From Candidatus Micrarchaeota archaeon (GTDB lineage Archaea > Micrarchaeota > Micrarchaeia > Norongarragalinales > SBBD01): a stretch of 64,000 bases of DNA. The translations under genes were made by a program, and so were the position numbers. Below the pieces are notes generated by a model. The model made no database searches. It was not told the origin of the DNA and saw only the letters and a program-made list of their open reading frames with translations. The DNA is taken from positions 369,601 to 433,600 of the forward strand of contig JBFYLP010000006.1 in assembly GCA_041305345.1 (NCBI GenBank), written 5' to 3'. Of the stretch, positions 63,790 to 64,000 are shown one piece after another (position 1 is the first letter of the stretch; the number at the start of each line of letters is the position of its first letter).

Positions 63790-64000
63790 AAGCCCACCAA
63801 GTATATATTGAATATATACTATAGTGCAAAAGTATATATTGCTTGCGTTTTTTGTAGGAAGCAGGTGATTGGATGTGGGGGGAATTGAGGGCGGTCTTAA
63901 GGCCTGCAAGGGAGCATCAGCGGCGGCAGTTGCCAAGGTTCGGCCATGGCCGAATTTCAAGGCGTTCAAGACTCGTCAGGGGTTTGATGGGACGAAGGAA

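Overview
This 64-kb window looks archaeal. Supporting signs are AT-rich BRE/TATA-like boxes about 25-35 nt upstream of starts, oligo-T terminators, and a set of archaeal-type genes: class I HMG-CoA reductase, archaeal HMG-CoA synthase/thiolase/DUF35, type-2 IPP isomerase, a PAC2 proteasome-assembly chaperone, a KEOPS Pcc1-like protein, a PIN-ATPase-KH protein, archaeal-type AspRS and AsnRS, and a PhoU protein with an AbrB N-terminal domain. By eye the GC content is moderate and roughly balanced (not computed). Gene density is high on both strands. No rRNA, tRNA or CRISPR array was found by reading.

The main content falls into seven blocks:
- A nearly complete classical mevalonate pathway, split into three loci. 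One is a wHTH regulator plus mevalonate kinase. One is an operon of MVD-family decarboxylase, an unknown kinase-like gene, ERG8-type phosphomevalonate kinase and IDI-2 on the minus strand. One is divergent hmgA against hmgB, two membrane proteins, thiolase and DUF35.
- An accessory-looking cluster of very large secreted or membrane-anchored proteins. It contains a 1634-aa and a 969-aa surface protein pair; an 8.4-kb minus-strand cluster with a 1073-aa beta-helix protein, three smaller surface proteins, a MinD/ParA ATPase and a polytopic membrane protein; and an S-layer-like 837-aa protein.
- A tandem pair of unusual proteins that carry only the phosphohistidine swivel domain of PEP-utilizing enzymes.
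- A RelE/ParE-RHH toxin-antitoxin pair.
- Housekeeping genes: dcd, a RecJ-like DHH nuclease, SPFH/stomatin, tdh-kbl, asnS, aspS, a pfkB kinase and a beta-CASP RNase.
- Several candidate regulatory repeats and palindromes in promoter regions.
- A small duplication of the 3' end of tdh, flanked by poly-C tracts.

The most interesting candidates are the MinD-linked surface-protein cluster, the giant Tyr/Asp-rich and Cys-module surface protein pair, the uncharacterised kinase-like gene coupled inside the mevalonate operon, the membrane proteins inserted in the HMGCS/thiolase/DUF35 unit, and the swivel-domain-only PEP-utilizer paralogs.
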